DNA of 64,000 nt from Diplonema japonicum. Lineage: Eukaryota; Protista; Euglenozoa: Diplonemea. Numbering within the stretch: position 1 is the stretch's first letter; each line of letters starts with the position of its first letter. Position numbers and translations under genes: made by a program. The notes beneath the pieces were generated by a model, which was given only the letters and a program-made list of their open reading frames with translations, had not been told where the DNA came from and made no database searches. Shown piece by piece: positions 53,328-63,900 of this stretch. Location: assembly GCA_964019335.1 (NCBI GenBank), contig OZ025666.1, forward strand, positions 62,001-126,000, in the 5' to 3' direction.

Positions 53328-53557
53328 CTTCCCTTTGATGATAATGCACTCCGTTTATCTTTGTAGGTTGGGACAACTGAGCACCTTGTGTGTTGAAGAT
53401 GCTGCATCAGGATTATTATCTAGAAAACTGAGAAGGAAGGAAAGACCAATCGTGTGATGGAATTAAAAAAAAAAACAAGCTGGTCACAGCTAGTGGCAGC
53501 CCCAGCGACCCTCCATGGATCTGACCACCCGTTCCGACTCACCCAGATCACACTGTC
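53328..53557 (+). ncRNA. Duplicate of the SNORD74-like snoRNA plus the downstream unassigned RNA (51582-51809)
   Basis: Near-identical ~228-bp block. Confidence 0.8.
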
Positions 53558-53836
53558 TTGTTCCTTTTTTTTTTTTTTTTAATTGTAAAAACACAATACT
53601 GGTATTTTCTAATGTAACAATATTTATTGTCAAGACTGCAAACTAGTTGCTGGCAGCTTAATAATAAATGAATAAAAGATTTTAGGTAAAAATAACGCTT
53701 ATAAATTGAAGCGCCAAACTAATTTCCCCTACAAAGAGCGTCTTCCAATCCTGAAGGCAAAGACCTGGGGACCGAGAAGGTATAGATTATTACACAAAGG
53801 CGACACAACTTGAAAAAAAAGAAAAATAAAAGAAAA

Positions 53837-54181
53837 ATGGGTGCAACAGAAACAAAGGAAGTGAAGGTAGAGGAGCAGCCAGAGACAAAGGAGGTAGAAG
53901 AAGAAAAGGAAGTAGAAGAAAAGGACATTGCAGACGAGGACATTGTAGATGAGGTAGTTGACGAGGCACTTGACGAGGAGAAGGAACAAGTGGATGATGA
54001 AGAGGCAGAAGGGTTGGAGCTGGAAGGCAAGGGGGTTGTAGCAACGGACGTGAACCCCGCGGTGAGCGATGAGATGGAAAAACTAACCGCACTACAGAAG
54101 GCAGAGCACGACATCAACAGGCAGATCCGAGAAAAGCAAGAAGAGATACAGCAGTACCTGGCCTCGCCCCAGCGGGAGTGA
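53837..54181 (+). CDS. Small acidic protein with C-terminal coiled coil
   Basis: 114-aa Glu/Asp-rich ORF from ATG 53837. Confidence 0.7.
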   Translation: MGATETKEVKVEEQPETKEVEEEKEVEEKDIADEDIVDEVVDEALDEEKEQVDDEEAEGLELEGKGVVATDVNPAVSDEMEKLTALQKAEHDINRQIREKQEEIQQYLASPQRE

Positions 54182-54349
54182 ATTTCCTCGCCCCCCCCCC
54201 CCCCCCACCCCATTTCTCTTTCCCCATATATATCGAACAGACTCCACCCTCCTTTTTTTTTCAATTCTTTTTTTTTTTTTTGCCCACCCCATTTTTCTTT
54301 CCCCTCACCTGCACACCCCACATGGTTACGTAGGAAGAAGAGAGCAAAA

Positions 54350-56141
54350 ATGGCATTGACATTCGATGAGTATGGTAGGCCGTTTCTGATATTGAAGGAG
54401 GAAACCCAAGAGCGAGTGAGGGGAGTTGAGGCGCAGAAGGCGAACATCCAGGCCGCAAGGACTCTGGCGAACGTGCTGAAGACAAGTCTGGGGCCTAGGG
54501 GTATGGACAAGATGATGGTGAGCCCGGACAGCGAGGTGACAGTGACGAACGACGGCGCCACCATTCTGGACTCGATGGATGTGGAGAACCCCATCGCGAA
54601 GTTGATCGTGGACCTCTCCAAGTCCCAGGACGACGAGATCGGTGATGGTACCACTGGTGTGGTCGTGCTTGCTGGGTCCCTCCTCGAGCAGGCGGAAGGG
54701 CTCCTCGACAAGGGCATCCACGGCACCCGCATTGCTGAGGGCTTCGAGAAGGCCTGCGAGATCGCTTGCGAGCACCTCAAAAGCATCTCTGACACGGTAT
54801 GGCACGTGGGAATAAAAAGTTAAATTACTTAAACGCAAATAAAACAGCTCGCCGTTGACGACACGGAATCCCTCCGCCAGACGGCCCGCTCCACCCTCAA
54901 CTCCAAGATTATCAACAAGTACAGGGACCACATGGCTAACATCTGCGTCGACGCCGTCCTTGCGGTATGAGATGAAGTAAGCCCCTACACATCACCCACA
55001 GGTTGCCGACACCGAGAGAAAAGATGTGAACTTGGACCTTATCAAAATAGAAAGCAAGCCCGGTGGCAGGCTCGAAGAGACCCAGCTCGTGCGCGGAATC
55101 GTGCTGGACAAGGAGATCAGCCATCCCCAGGTATGATTCATCTTTGTTTAAAAAAAGACTCAACAACAAAATTGAACCAGATGCCCAAGGAGATCAAGGA
55201 CGCGAAGGTGGCGATCCTGACCTGCCCGTTCGAGCCGCCCAAGCCTAAGACTAAGCACAAGGTGGACGTGGACAGCGTGGAACACTACCAGGAGCTGCAC
55301 GCTATTGAGCAGGCATACTTCAGGAAGCAGGTGGAGCTGTGCAAGGCCAGTGGCGCGACACTGATCATCTGCCAGTGGGGGTTCGACGATGAGGCGAACT
55401 ACCTGTTGCTGAAGAACGACCTGCCGGCTGTGAGGTGGGTGGGCGGTGTGGAAATCGAACTGCTGGCGATCGCGACGGGTGGTAGGATTGTCCCGAGGTT
55501 CGAGGAGCTGACCGAGGACAAGCTGGGCAAGGCAGGCATGGTGAGGGAGGTGTCCTTCGGCACCACAAAGGACAGGATGATGTTCATTGAGGACTGCAGC
55601 AACTCGAAGGCGGTGACGGTGTTCATCCGTGGTGGGAACAAGATGATCATCGAGGAGGCGAAGAGGTCCATCCACGACGCCATCTGCATGGTCCGCAACC
55701 TTGTGAGGGACAACCGCATTGTCTACGGTGGTGGGTCTGCTGAGATCTCCTGCTCCATTGCTGTCGAGGACGCTGCGGACGAGATCTGCTCTGAGGAGCA
55801 GTACGCAGTGCGTGCCTTCTCCGCAGCTCTTGACGCCGTCCCAATCACCCTCGCTGAGAACTCAGGCCTTAACGGTGTTGTCACTCTCTCTTCCGTGAGA
55901 GCTGAGCAGCAGGAGCAGAAAAACCCCTACCTCGGAATTGACTGCATGGAGAGGGGTACCTGTGACATGAAGAAGCAGATGGTTTACGAGACGCTGCACG
56001 GGAAGACTCAGCAAATGCGCCTTGCTACTCAGGTATGAAGGATGAGAAATATAAGAGAAAAAAAAATTTTTTTTCCCCTAGGTGGTGAAGATGATCCTCA
56101 AGATCGACGACGTTATCACGCAAGGCGAACAACAGCAGTAG
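54350..56141 (+). CDS. CCT5: T-complex protein 1 subunit epsilon; exons 54350-54796, 54848-54964, 55002-55130, 55181-56032, 56082-56141
   Basis: [70 protein letters not shown]; four introns (51, 37, 50, 49 nt). Confidence 0.97.
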
Positions 56142-56832
56142 AGGAGGGAAAAAAAAAATTATTAAAAAATTGTAATCTTGAAGAAGAAGAAAAGGAAAAA
56201 AAAAAAAATTAAAAAAAAAAAAAAAAAAATGAAGAGAGAGAAAAAACTTAACCCCCTTGCCTTTTGCAGTACCCTTAGATTTTGACTACTTTTTTTTCAC
56301 ACACAACACACCGCAGATTATGCAACCCACTTTTTTTTTTTTTTTTTTTGATTCATTTTTTTTTTTCCATCACTTTTTTTTTCCCCCAACCCTTTTTTTA
56401 ACGGTGACTCCCGCTCCTTGTCCCCCTTTTTTATTTGTCGTCCATTAGAGCTTTATGCAGTTCCAGACGGATTGCATTTTTCTTTGCCCCTCCTCACTTC
56501 CTCCTCATTCCCCTTTTTTTCTTTTTCCACTTTTTTCAAGTGTTTTCTTTTTCTTTTTCTTTTGGATTCTTGTTTATTCATCAAAAATTTTCACCCCCCC
56601 CCCCTTCCCCTCCCTTACCCCCTTACCTCACCTCATGTTCACACTTTTTTTTTTCACACGCTTATTTTCGCCCTTCCCAACCATTCCCTTTCTTTTCTTT
56701 CTTATTTCACCGTTTTCATTTTATTTTTTCTTTGCCCCTTCCTACTCTTAACAATCAAGTACTTCCCAACAGGGAAGGAAGGGAAAGACCCCTCCCTTCG
56801 GTCTGAACGAAGGGAGAGAGAAAAAAAAAGAA

Positions 56833-59541
56833 ATGTCGGCCGACGCAATAATGCAGAAGGTGAAGAGCAGCAATGGGTACATGCCAAACAAAGACCTAGA
56901 AAAGGTGCGGGCTGCGCTTCTAAGCAATGCTGACGGTCTATGGGAAGGCGGCGCTGCGGCCATGGGGAACAAGAAGACGGTGGACAATGTGGTGAGGAGC
57001 ATGATCTTGATGCGATGCCAGACGACGCCCCACGAGAAGACGACAGGAAGCACGTATGTGATGCAGCTGCAGATGATGGTGGACGCAGCAGTGAAGCTGA
57101 TCCTGAATAGCAAGACCGCACCGAAGACCACTATGCTGTGCATGCAGTTCCTTGCGCTTTGGTGCAACACGATCCCCGACCTCATCACGCACTATGACTA
57201 CACGAAGTACGAGTCCATCGTCACTGTCGACGCTTTCTGCAACCTTTTGGTCAACCTCGGGTCCACCCAGTCCCTTACCGAGCAGGCCCTCACCTTCTCC
57301 GTTTGGATCACTACGGCGGGGACAGGGAAGGGTTTCTCCCCCGTCCAGCACCTTGCGTACCCTCCGCTCCTCCACCTCTGCAACACACAGGAACAGCCCA
57401 CACCCGCAGCACACGTCGCCCTCGAAAAAACCCGTGAGTTCATATCCAAGCGTGTCCTCCTCAACACAGACATCAAAAAGAACACCGCCCTCAACACCGA
57501 CGGCACAAAGCTCAGCACCTCCGACATGTGGACTGTCATGAACACTCCCGTCAGCACGTCAGTGGGTTACACCGACCAACAGGAGGTGCATGCATGGGTC
57601 TTCGCCACCCTTCCAGAGCTGCTCACGCAAAACATGTGCGAACAGGCACATACCTACGCTGTGAACGTCCTCATGCAGATCGGGAACTACGGGCGACGAA
57701 ACTTCCTTCTCAGCACTCAGTTGGGCAGTGGGCTCGGTATTGCGTACGTGGAAGCAGCTGTGATACAGCTCATGAGCATTCTTGAGACGCTGGTAAAACT
57801 GCACCCCTCATGCAGCTCGGAGTTGGAAGGCGAAGTTATGGGGTTGTTCTTCCAGATGCTGCCGCAGTCAAGGAAATCAGCAACGCTCCCTCCACCGAGG
57901 TGCTTCAGCAACGTCGCTGGGTGGACAGGCGAAGACGCCATCACAAAGGCTGTAGTGTCTTCCGCAGGGACGCGAGGCGACAAGGCACCGCCCCCTGCAG
58001 TACTTTCATCGCATGTGCCTGCCGATTTCCATCTTGAGAACATTACAGATAATGTGGCCGCCACAGAAGGTGGCGAGACAGCACCCGTCCCCATCTGGAA
58101 GGGCAGTGTCTTCATCGCCATCCTTGAGTTCTTTGCCACCTCTGCTTCTGACACAGAGGCTGCTGTAGTGGAGGCCTTCTTCGAGTCCCCTCATTGGGTG
58201 TATTACCCTCACAACGTCACCTTCGCCCCCATGCTTTTTAGATATTTACTGAAGTATTCTAATAGACCTTCCTTCGCCAACGTCAGACAAACCTTGCATT
58301 TGAAAGCATTGCGTGTGACGTCTCTGTCCCCCCACTCGTGCGCCCCTTCGCTCCTTAAGCTTCTCCCTGCCCTCATCAACAGAGTCACCTACCTCGACCT
58401 GCTGCACAGAATTCTCGACCTTGGCTTGATGTCGCACCTGCAGAGCAAGCAAACAGTAGCGATCGATGGCTCAAACCTGTCGCAGGTGTTTGGGACGGAC
58501 CCCTTCCAGCTGGCGCTGGCGAAGGCGCTTTACTGCAACGATGCTTTCGATAACCCAGAGGAGTCGCCTTACTGTAGCTTTTGGTTGGAGCACAAGAACA
58601 GTGTCGAGAAATGGGTCTCGGAGGTAGAGGTGTGGCCACTGTCACGGAAAGCCGTCGGGATGACCAAGCACATCCCCAGACTGCTCAGCAAGTACTTCAA
58701 CTGCATTTCGTTCGAAGCAGAGCGCGACCCCATTATGACTGTCAACATCGCGGTGCTCATTCTACGAAGGTACCACATGCTGTGCATGCCTTCGGCATGT
58801 GCCAAGGAAGTACGTGCGTTCCTGCTGCAGCAGGTCTACACCTTCATCAGCAACACCCCTCAAATACTCGACCTCATCACAGATGAGCTGCTGTCGTGCG
58901 TCAGGCAGTATCACATCAGTAAAAAGTCTCACAGGTGCCTCTACCTCACAGGCTGTTCGGCTGTTATCTTGTCGCAAGGTGTCCTACGTGTGGTGAAACC
59001 ACCCAGCGAACCGAACCCTTCGATCCCGAAGAACGTGAAGGTCATCTTCTTCGAGCTGCACAAAGCGCTGTATGACGTGTTGGCTATTCTCTACAAGAGG
59101 GAGGTAGGAATGGTGAGGAGCATGTACACTGGAAAAACGCCTCTATTCAAAACTTCGGAAAGGAAGAAGTCGAAGAGCAACCCGAATAAGAACCTGCATG
59201 ACACACTTGAGGCCGCTTACACTGTGTGGGATGCGGTGGAGTGTATTGACTGCCTCAGTGTGGCAATGACCACCATCGGGATCCTATGCCCGGAGTTCTT
59301 GAACACTGCACGGACTTCATGTACTTCTGTGGCGCGTGCATCAAAGCATGGGGTGCTGCCCCCTGTATCTCTCACGTCGACCACTACGCTGCAGTCGTGG
59401 CTCTCACAACCTTCCCTTGCGCTGTCATCAGTGGTACGCCCTACGCCCCCGGTCGGGACGTCCCCTCTCTGCACTGATGCCCAGACCACTCTCCTTGGCT
59501 TGCTACCAAGACCTGCTCACCAGCAGTTCCGTGTCGTGTGA
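56833..59541 (+). CDS. AP5Z1: AP-5 adaptor complex subunit zeta-like
   Basis: TDG..SDMWTVMN...YTDQQEVHAWVFATL and LLKLLPALINRVTYLDLLHRILDL resemble AP5Z1/SPG48 conserved blocks. Confidence 0.7.
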   Translation: MSADAIMQKVKSSNGYMPNKDLEKVRAALLSNADGLWEGGAAAMGNKKTVDNVVRSMILMRCQTTPHEKTTGSTYVMQLQMMVDAAVKLILNSKTAPKTTMLCMQFLALWCNTIPDLITHYDYTKYESIVTVDAFCNLLVNLGSTQSLTEQALTFSVWITTAGTGKGFSPVQHLAYPPLLHLCNTQEQPTPAAHVALEKTREFISKRVLLNTDIKKNTALNTDGTKLSTSDMWTVMNTPVSTSVGYTDQQEVHAWVFATLPELLTQNMCEQAHTYAVNVLMQIGNYGRRNFLLSTQLGSGLGIAYVEAAVIQLMSILETLVKLHPSCSSELEGEVMGLFFQMLPQSRKSATLPPPRCFSNVAGWTGEDAITKAVVSSAGTRGDKAPPPAVLSSHVPADFHLENITDNVAATEGGETAPVPIWKGSVFIAILEFFATSASDTEAAVVEAFFESPHWVYYPHNVTFAPMLFRYLLKYSNRPSFANVRQTLHLKALRVTSLSPHSCAPSLLKLLPALINRVTYLDLLHRILDLGLMSHLQSKQTVAIDGSNLSQVFGTDPFQLALAKALYCNDAFDNPEESPYCSFWLEHKNSVEKWVSEVEVWPLSRKAVGMTKHIPRLLSKYFNCISFEAERDPIMTVNIAVLILRRYHMLCMPSACAKEVRAFLLQQVYTFISNTPQILDLITDELLSCVRQYHISKKSHRCLYLTGCSAVILSQGVLRVVKPPSEPNPSIPKNVKVIFFELHKALYDVLAILYKREVGMVRSMYTGKTPLFKTSERKKSKSNPNKNLHDTLEAAYTVWDAVECIDCLSVAMTTIGILCPEFLNTARTSCTSVARASKHGVLPPVSLTSTTTLQSWLSQPSLALSSVVRPTPPVGTSPLCTDAQTTLLGLLPRPAHQQFRVV

Positions 59542-59614
59542 TCCCGTAGTGTACTGTTTGAGTTGCCTCTTTCCTAACTATCTTTTTCCATGCACACTTG
59601 CATCAATACACAGG

Positions 59615-60886
59615 ATGCCTCGAGGAAATGCGAAATGGCTTCTTTGTCTTGCGGGGGTAGTGTTACTGACGGTGTTCAGGATGCATAGTAGTGAGGCGGG
59701 TGACGAGGCTGAAGTGCGCGTTCTAAAACGTGAAAAACCGACGACCGTGAATGAAGTTCCGATGCGGCAAGAGGTCCCTACGAGTGAGAGGGAAAGCCAA
59801 AGCCAACCAGTGTCCAAAAGTGAAGTGTCACATGAAAAGAAATCCACTGAAGTTGCAGAAGTTGAGTCAGACGCCAGAGTACCAAAGACAGTGCTGCCGT
59901 ACCCTGAAGAAGTGAACGAGGCTGGCGTGGGGTGCAACAAAAGCGTGGTGAGCACAGGACCGCTAGGAAACTTTGAGTTCTGGGGGAAAACGATGAACAG
60001 CTCGTGGACATGCCCTACCAGCGGGATGAACAACCAGATGCAGATGCTTATGTTCTACCACAACTGCAAAGTGGTCCATGACAAACAAGAGCTACTATGG
60101 AGGGACATCACATGTTCGCCAACCGGTGGGGTTCATAAAAACGGTGGACGATACGAGGTTGGCAGCAAGAGCTACACCTACACGTGGTTCAGGTGGTCCT
60201 CTCTATTCAACATCACACAGGGTGGCATCTGCTACTCCGACAAGTACACATGGTCCATGCATCAGTGGTTAAAGGGCTGCGGCTTCACAGACTCCGCAAA
60301 CAAAGCATTCTACGCCACGCCGAACTACTGGAAGCAGCGGCACCTGTTCGACTTCAGACAGTCTTACTACACGGAAGTGGAGAAGTTCTTGGCCTCCGAA
60401 GGCTTGGATAAGAAACCATTCCTCGCAGTGCACCTTCGTAGGGGAGACTACGCGAAGTTCTGCAATGAGGTGAAACGGTCCTACAAGAAGCTACGATTGG
60501 CACATTGGAAATACGCAAAGTTGAAGGGTGCGCGTGACTTATATGAGAAGCATATGGACACATGCTCGCCGAGCAGGGAGAAAGTGGTAAGCGGCATAAA
60601 CAGGCTGCTCAAGCACCACGGGATCGAACACGTGGTTATGGCCACCACACACCCGGAGTACCGCCCGGGAGACGCAGCTTTCGAAGCCGACATCAACGGC
60701 AAGGTGCACGCCTTCGACGCCACACGCTACGAGATGTCAAAGGCCTCCTTCACGGCGGTCGACTCCATCATCCTCGCACGCGCTTCGCACAAGCTCCTCA
60801 ACCGCTACTCAACACTCTCCCTCACCGCAGTGGACCTCTCTGTTATTAAAGGTTGGTTCAACAATGAGACCATGTGGTTCTGGTGA
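59615..60886 (+). CDS. GDP-fucose protein O-fucosyltransferase-family (POFUT2-like) type II membrane protein
   Basis: N-terminal TM; SGMNNQ; FLAVHLRRGDY; DSIILARASHKLLNRYSTLS; ATG follows ACACAG acceptor. Confidence 0.8.
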   Translation: MPRGNAKWLLCLAGVVLLTVFRMHSSEAGDEAEVRVLKREKPTTVNEVPMRQEVPTSERESQSQPVSKSEVSHEKKSTEVAEVESDARVPKTVLPYPEEVNEAGVGCNKSVVSTGPLGNFEFWGKTMNSSWTCPTSGMNNQMQMLMFYHNCKVVHDKQELLWRDITCSPTGGVHKNGGRYEVGSKSYTYTWFRWSSLFNITQGGICYSDKYTWSMHQWLKGCGFTDSANKAFYATPNYWKQRHLFDFRQSYYTEVEKFLASEGLDKKPFLAVHLRRGDYAKFCNEVKRSYKKLRLAHWKYAKLKGARDLYEKHMDTCSPSREKVVSGINRLLKHHGIEHVVMATTHPEYRPGDAAFEADINGKVHAFDATRYEMSKASFTAVDSIILARASHKLLNRYSTLSLTAVDLSVIKGWFNNETMWFW

Positions 60887-60970
60887 ACTTAATAAAAAAT
60901 TTTAAATTCAGTATTCGTTTCCATTATCTCCTTGCCACTCCAACAACGCACACAGGGTACCACAGGGCAC

Positions 60971-63900
60971 ATGGCGACAAAATGCAGCGTCACCGTGCAG
61001 GTCCGTGCACGACCCATCATAACAAAACGAGAGGAGCAGGACAAAGGCAGCACATGTATCAGCATCAAAGGAAACTCCACTACAATTTGGGACCCCACCG
61101 ACACGAGTAAGAAGAGGACCTTCACATTCGATAGGTCATTTAACTCGCTTGACTCTCATAACGCAGACCACGCAAGCCAAAGCACCCTGTACAAGGAGGT
61201 GGGGTTGCCTTCGCTGGACCAGGCGATGAAGGGCTACAACACTACCGTGTTTGCATACGGCCAGACAGGCAGTGGGAAGACGTACACTATGATGGGCCAT
61301 GAGTCGATGTCTTTGTCGACGAAGGGGAAAACCACACTGGAGGACTTGCCCGCCGAGACGGGTGTGATCCCCAGGTTTTGTATCGACTTGTTCGGAAGGA
61401 TTGAGACGCAGCGCTGCGCAAGTGTAACAGTGACACACAGAGTGGACTCCGTGTACTATGAGATATACAATGACAAGGTGCACGATCTGCTCGACAGCGG
61501 TTCCTCACGCACCTACAAGGTGAGGGAACACCCAAAGCACGGCCCTTACGTGGAGGGTCTCCAGCACTGCGAAGTGCGCAGCTACGCTGACATCGCACGC
61601 CTCCTCAAAAGAGGAGCACGGGACCGTCACACAGCTAAGACATGTATGAACGATTACTCCAGCAGGTCGCATGCTGTGTTAGAGCTAGTCCTCACCACAT
61701 CGCGATTCGACCCGCAGACAGGCGACCTTTCCGATACCTCGTCGAGAATCGCACTTGTGGACTTAGCGGGCTCCGAAAGACAGGGTGCCGCTAAGACACA
61801 AGGCGAGAGGCTCAAGGAAGGAGCACACATCAACAAAGGCCTTCTCTCTTTGGGCAATGTGATTGAGGCCCTTGCTGCCAACTCTGAAGGAAAGAAAGGT
61901 CGTGCGACACGATTTGTACAGTACCGTGACTCCACCCTCACATGGCTTCTGCGGGAGGCACTGGGCGGGAACTCCAAGACCATCATGCTCGCCACAGTGT
62001 CACCCTCCTCACTGAACTACGAGGAGTCCCTCTCCACACTGAAGTACGCAGACCGCGCAAAGAAGATCCAGAACGCCGTCACCGTAAACAAGGACTCGAA
62101 GAAGCAAGTCATATTTCAGTTGCGTGAGGAGATTAAGATGCTCAAGGAAGAGATCGAGAACCTTAGATCAGGAAATGCTCCGCAGGGCACCTTCGGCATG
62201 CACCCCCATCATGATGTGCGTGTGTGGCGCGAAGACCCTTACCTTTTGCAAGTGGACCCCCTTCCGACTTTGAATGACCCCATCCTATACTGGATAGAGG
62301 GGGATTCTACTTGCTATATTTCGAGCAATGATCACACCGAAAGCACGGCAATGCGGCACACGGAAGCAACCCCTGGCACACCCCTCGAGTCCGCTGACCA
62401 CACCATCAAGTTGCCCAAAAGTAAGGGCGTCCATGACTTCCATGCACTCCTTGTGAAAAAGAACGAAGAGGTCATCTTGATACCCACAGTAGGAGCACCT
62501 TACGATGGGAGGGTGGTGGGGCCCACGCCGCGTGCCACTGACGATGCAGCGGAGCTCCTTGTTGATGGATTGCAGGTGGTTGGAGAAGAGAAGCTCATGA
62601 GCGGTTCGCACGTCCAGATCGGAGAGTACCAGTTTATCTTCGTGGACCCCGTCAACGCTGGTGACTGCGCCAGGTTTCACCAAAGGTGCTCCAAACTGGA
62701 ACGTGCGAGAGCTGCACAAGACAGGATGGTACAGGTGACGGCAAAGAAGGTGCAGGGCATGTTGATCGACAGTGGGCTGGAGACGTCGATGCTGCCATCG
62801 CGAGAGGAAGGACTCAGCACAAAGGGGAGGGATGGCGAGCAGATTCTTGTGAGGTGCGAGAGCGGGCCTGCTGTTTACGTGTGGCAGGGAGACACAGACA
62901 CTGGCGGGTGGAACCGTGTGGATACCATGCAGGCAGAGCTGGCGACAGCAACATTGCTGGACAAGAAGAAAGCTGAGGTGGAAACAGGGAGGAAGCTTCA
63001 CACCATCCTATCGGGGACCGTCGTGATGGACAGCATCCCAGCAGAGTCGTCCCTGTGTGCTGACGGCCCGACGCTTGATGAGGAACACGGACCCCTTATC
63101 GTGAGGTCACCAGAAACAGGTCTCAAAGTGGTTCAATGGGACACAGCACTGCATAGGTGGGTCACTGTGTCAGAACCCGTTGCAGAGCTGACAACCAGAA
63201 ACTTGGTGCAGAATGCAGAGAGGCGTCGCCGGCAGCAGGATGCTGACAAGTACCGCGTCGAGATTCACGAGAACGTAACAGACCTTGACGGGGCCCGCAG
63301 GAAGATCTCGACTCTGACAGAGGAACTCGAAACGATGAAAGAGGAAATGCGCAGTCATCTTATCACCAAGCAGTACCGCGAGGACGAGTTGCTCAAACAG
63401 CTCACCGATAGGGAGAGGCTGCTGCAGCAACACAAAGCATCGGCAGTGTCCGACCAAGTCATGCTGCAAGACAAAATCGACACTCTCATCGAAGACTACG
63501 AAGAGAGGATCAACAAGAGCGAGTACATCGTACAGGACTTAGAGAACTCCTATGCCAGCGCCAAGTACGAATGGAGGAAAAACGAGACGCTTCTGGAAGC
63601 TGCCTTGGCTACCAAGATGAAGGCACACGAGTCTATTAACAAGCTTAAGGAGGAGGTGCAGAACACAATGATTGAAACGCAGCAATTGAAGACAGAAACA
63701 GAGAAGCACAAGCAAACTATCATCGAGAAGGACAACATCATCCTTAAGGTGCAAGAGGACCTTGCTGAGGCGGAAGGCCTGCGACGTGAAGCTGCATCAG
63801 GAGAAGTGAAGCAAGTGCAAGCGATCATAGACAAGAAAGACCTAACCCTTCTAGCAATCACCGAGGAGAGAGATCAACTAGATGGCAACCTGCGTAGGCT

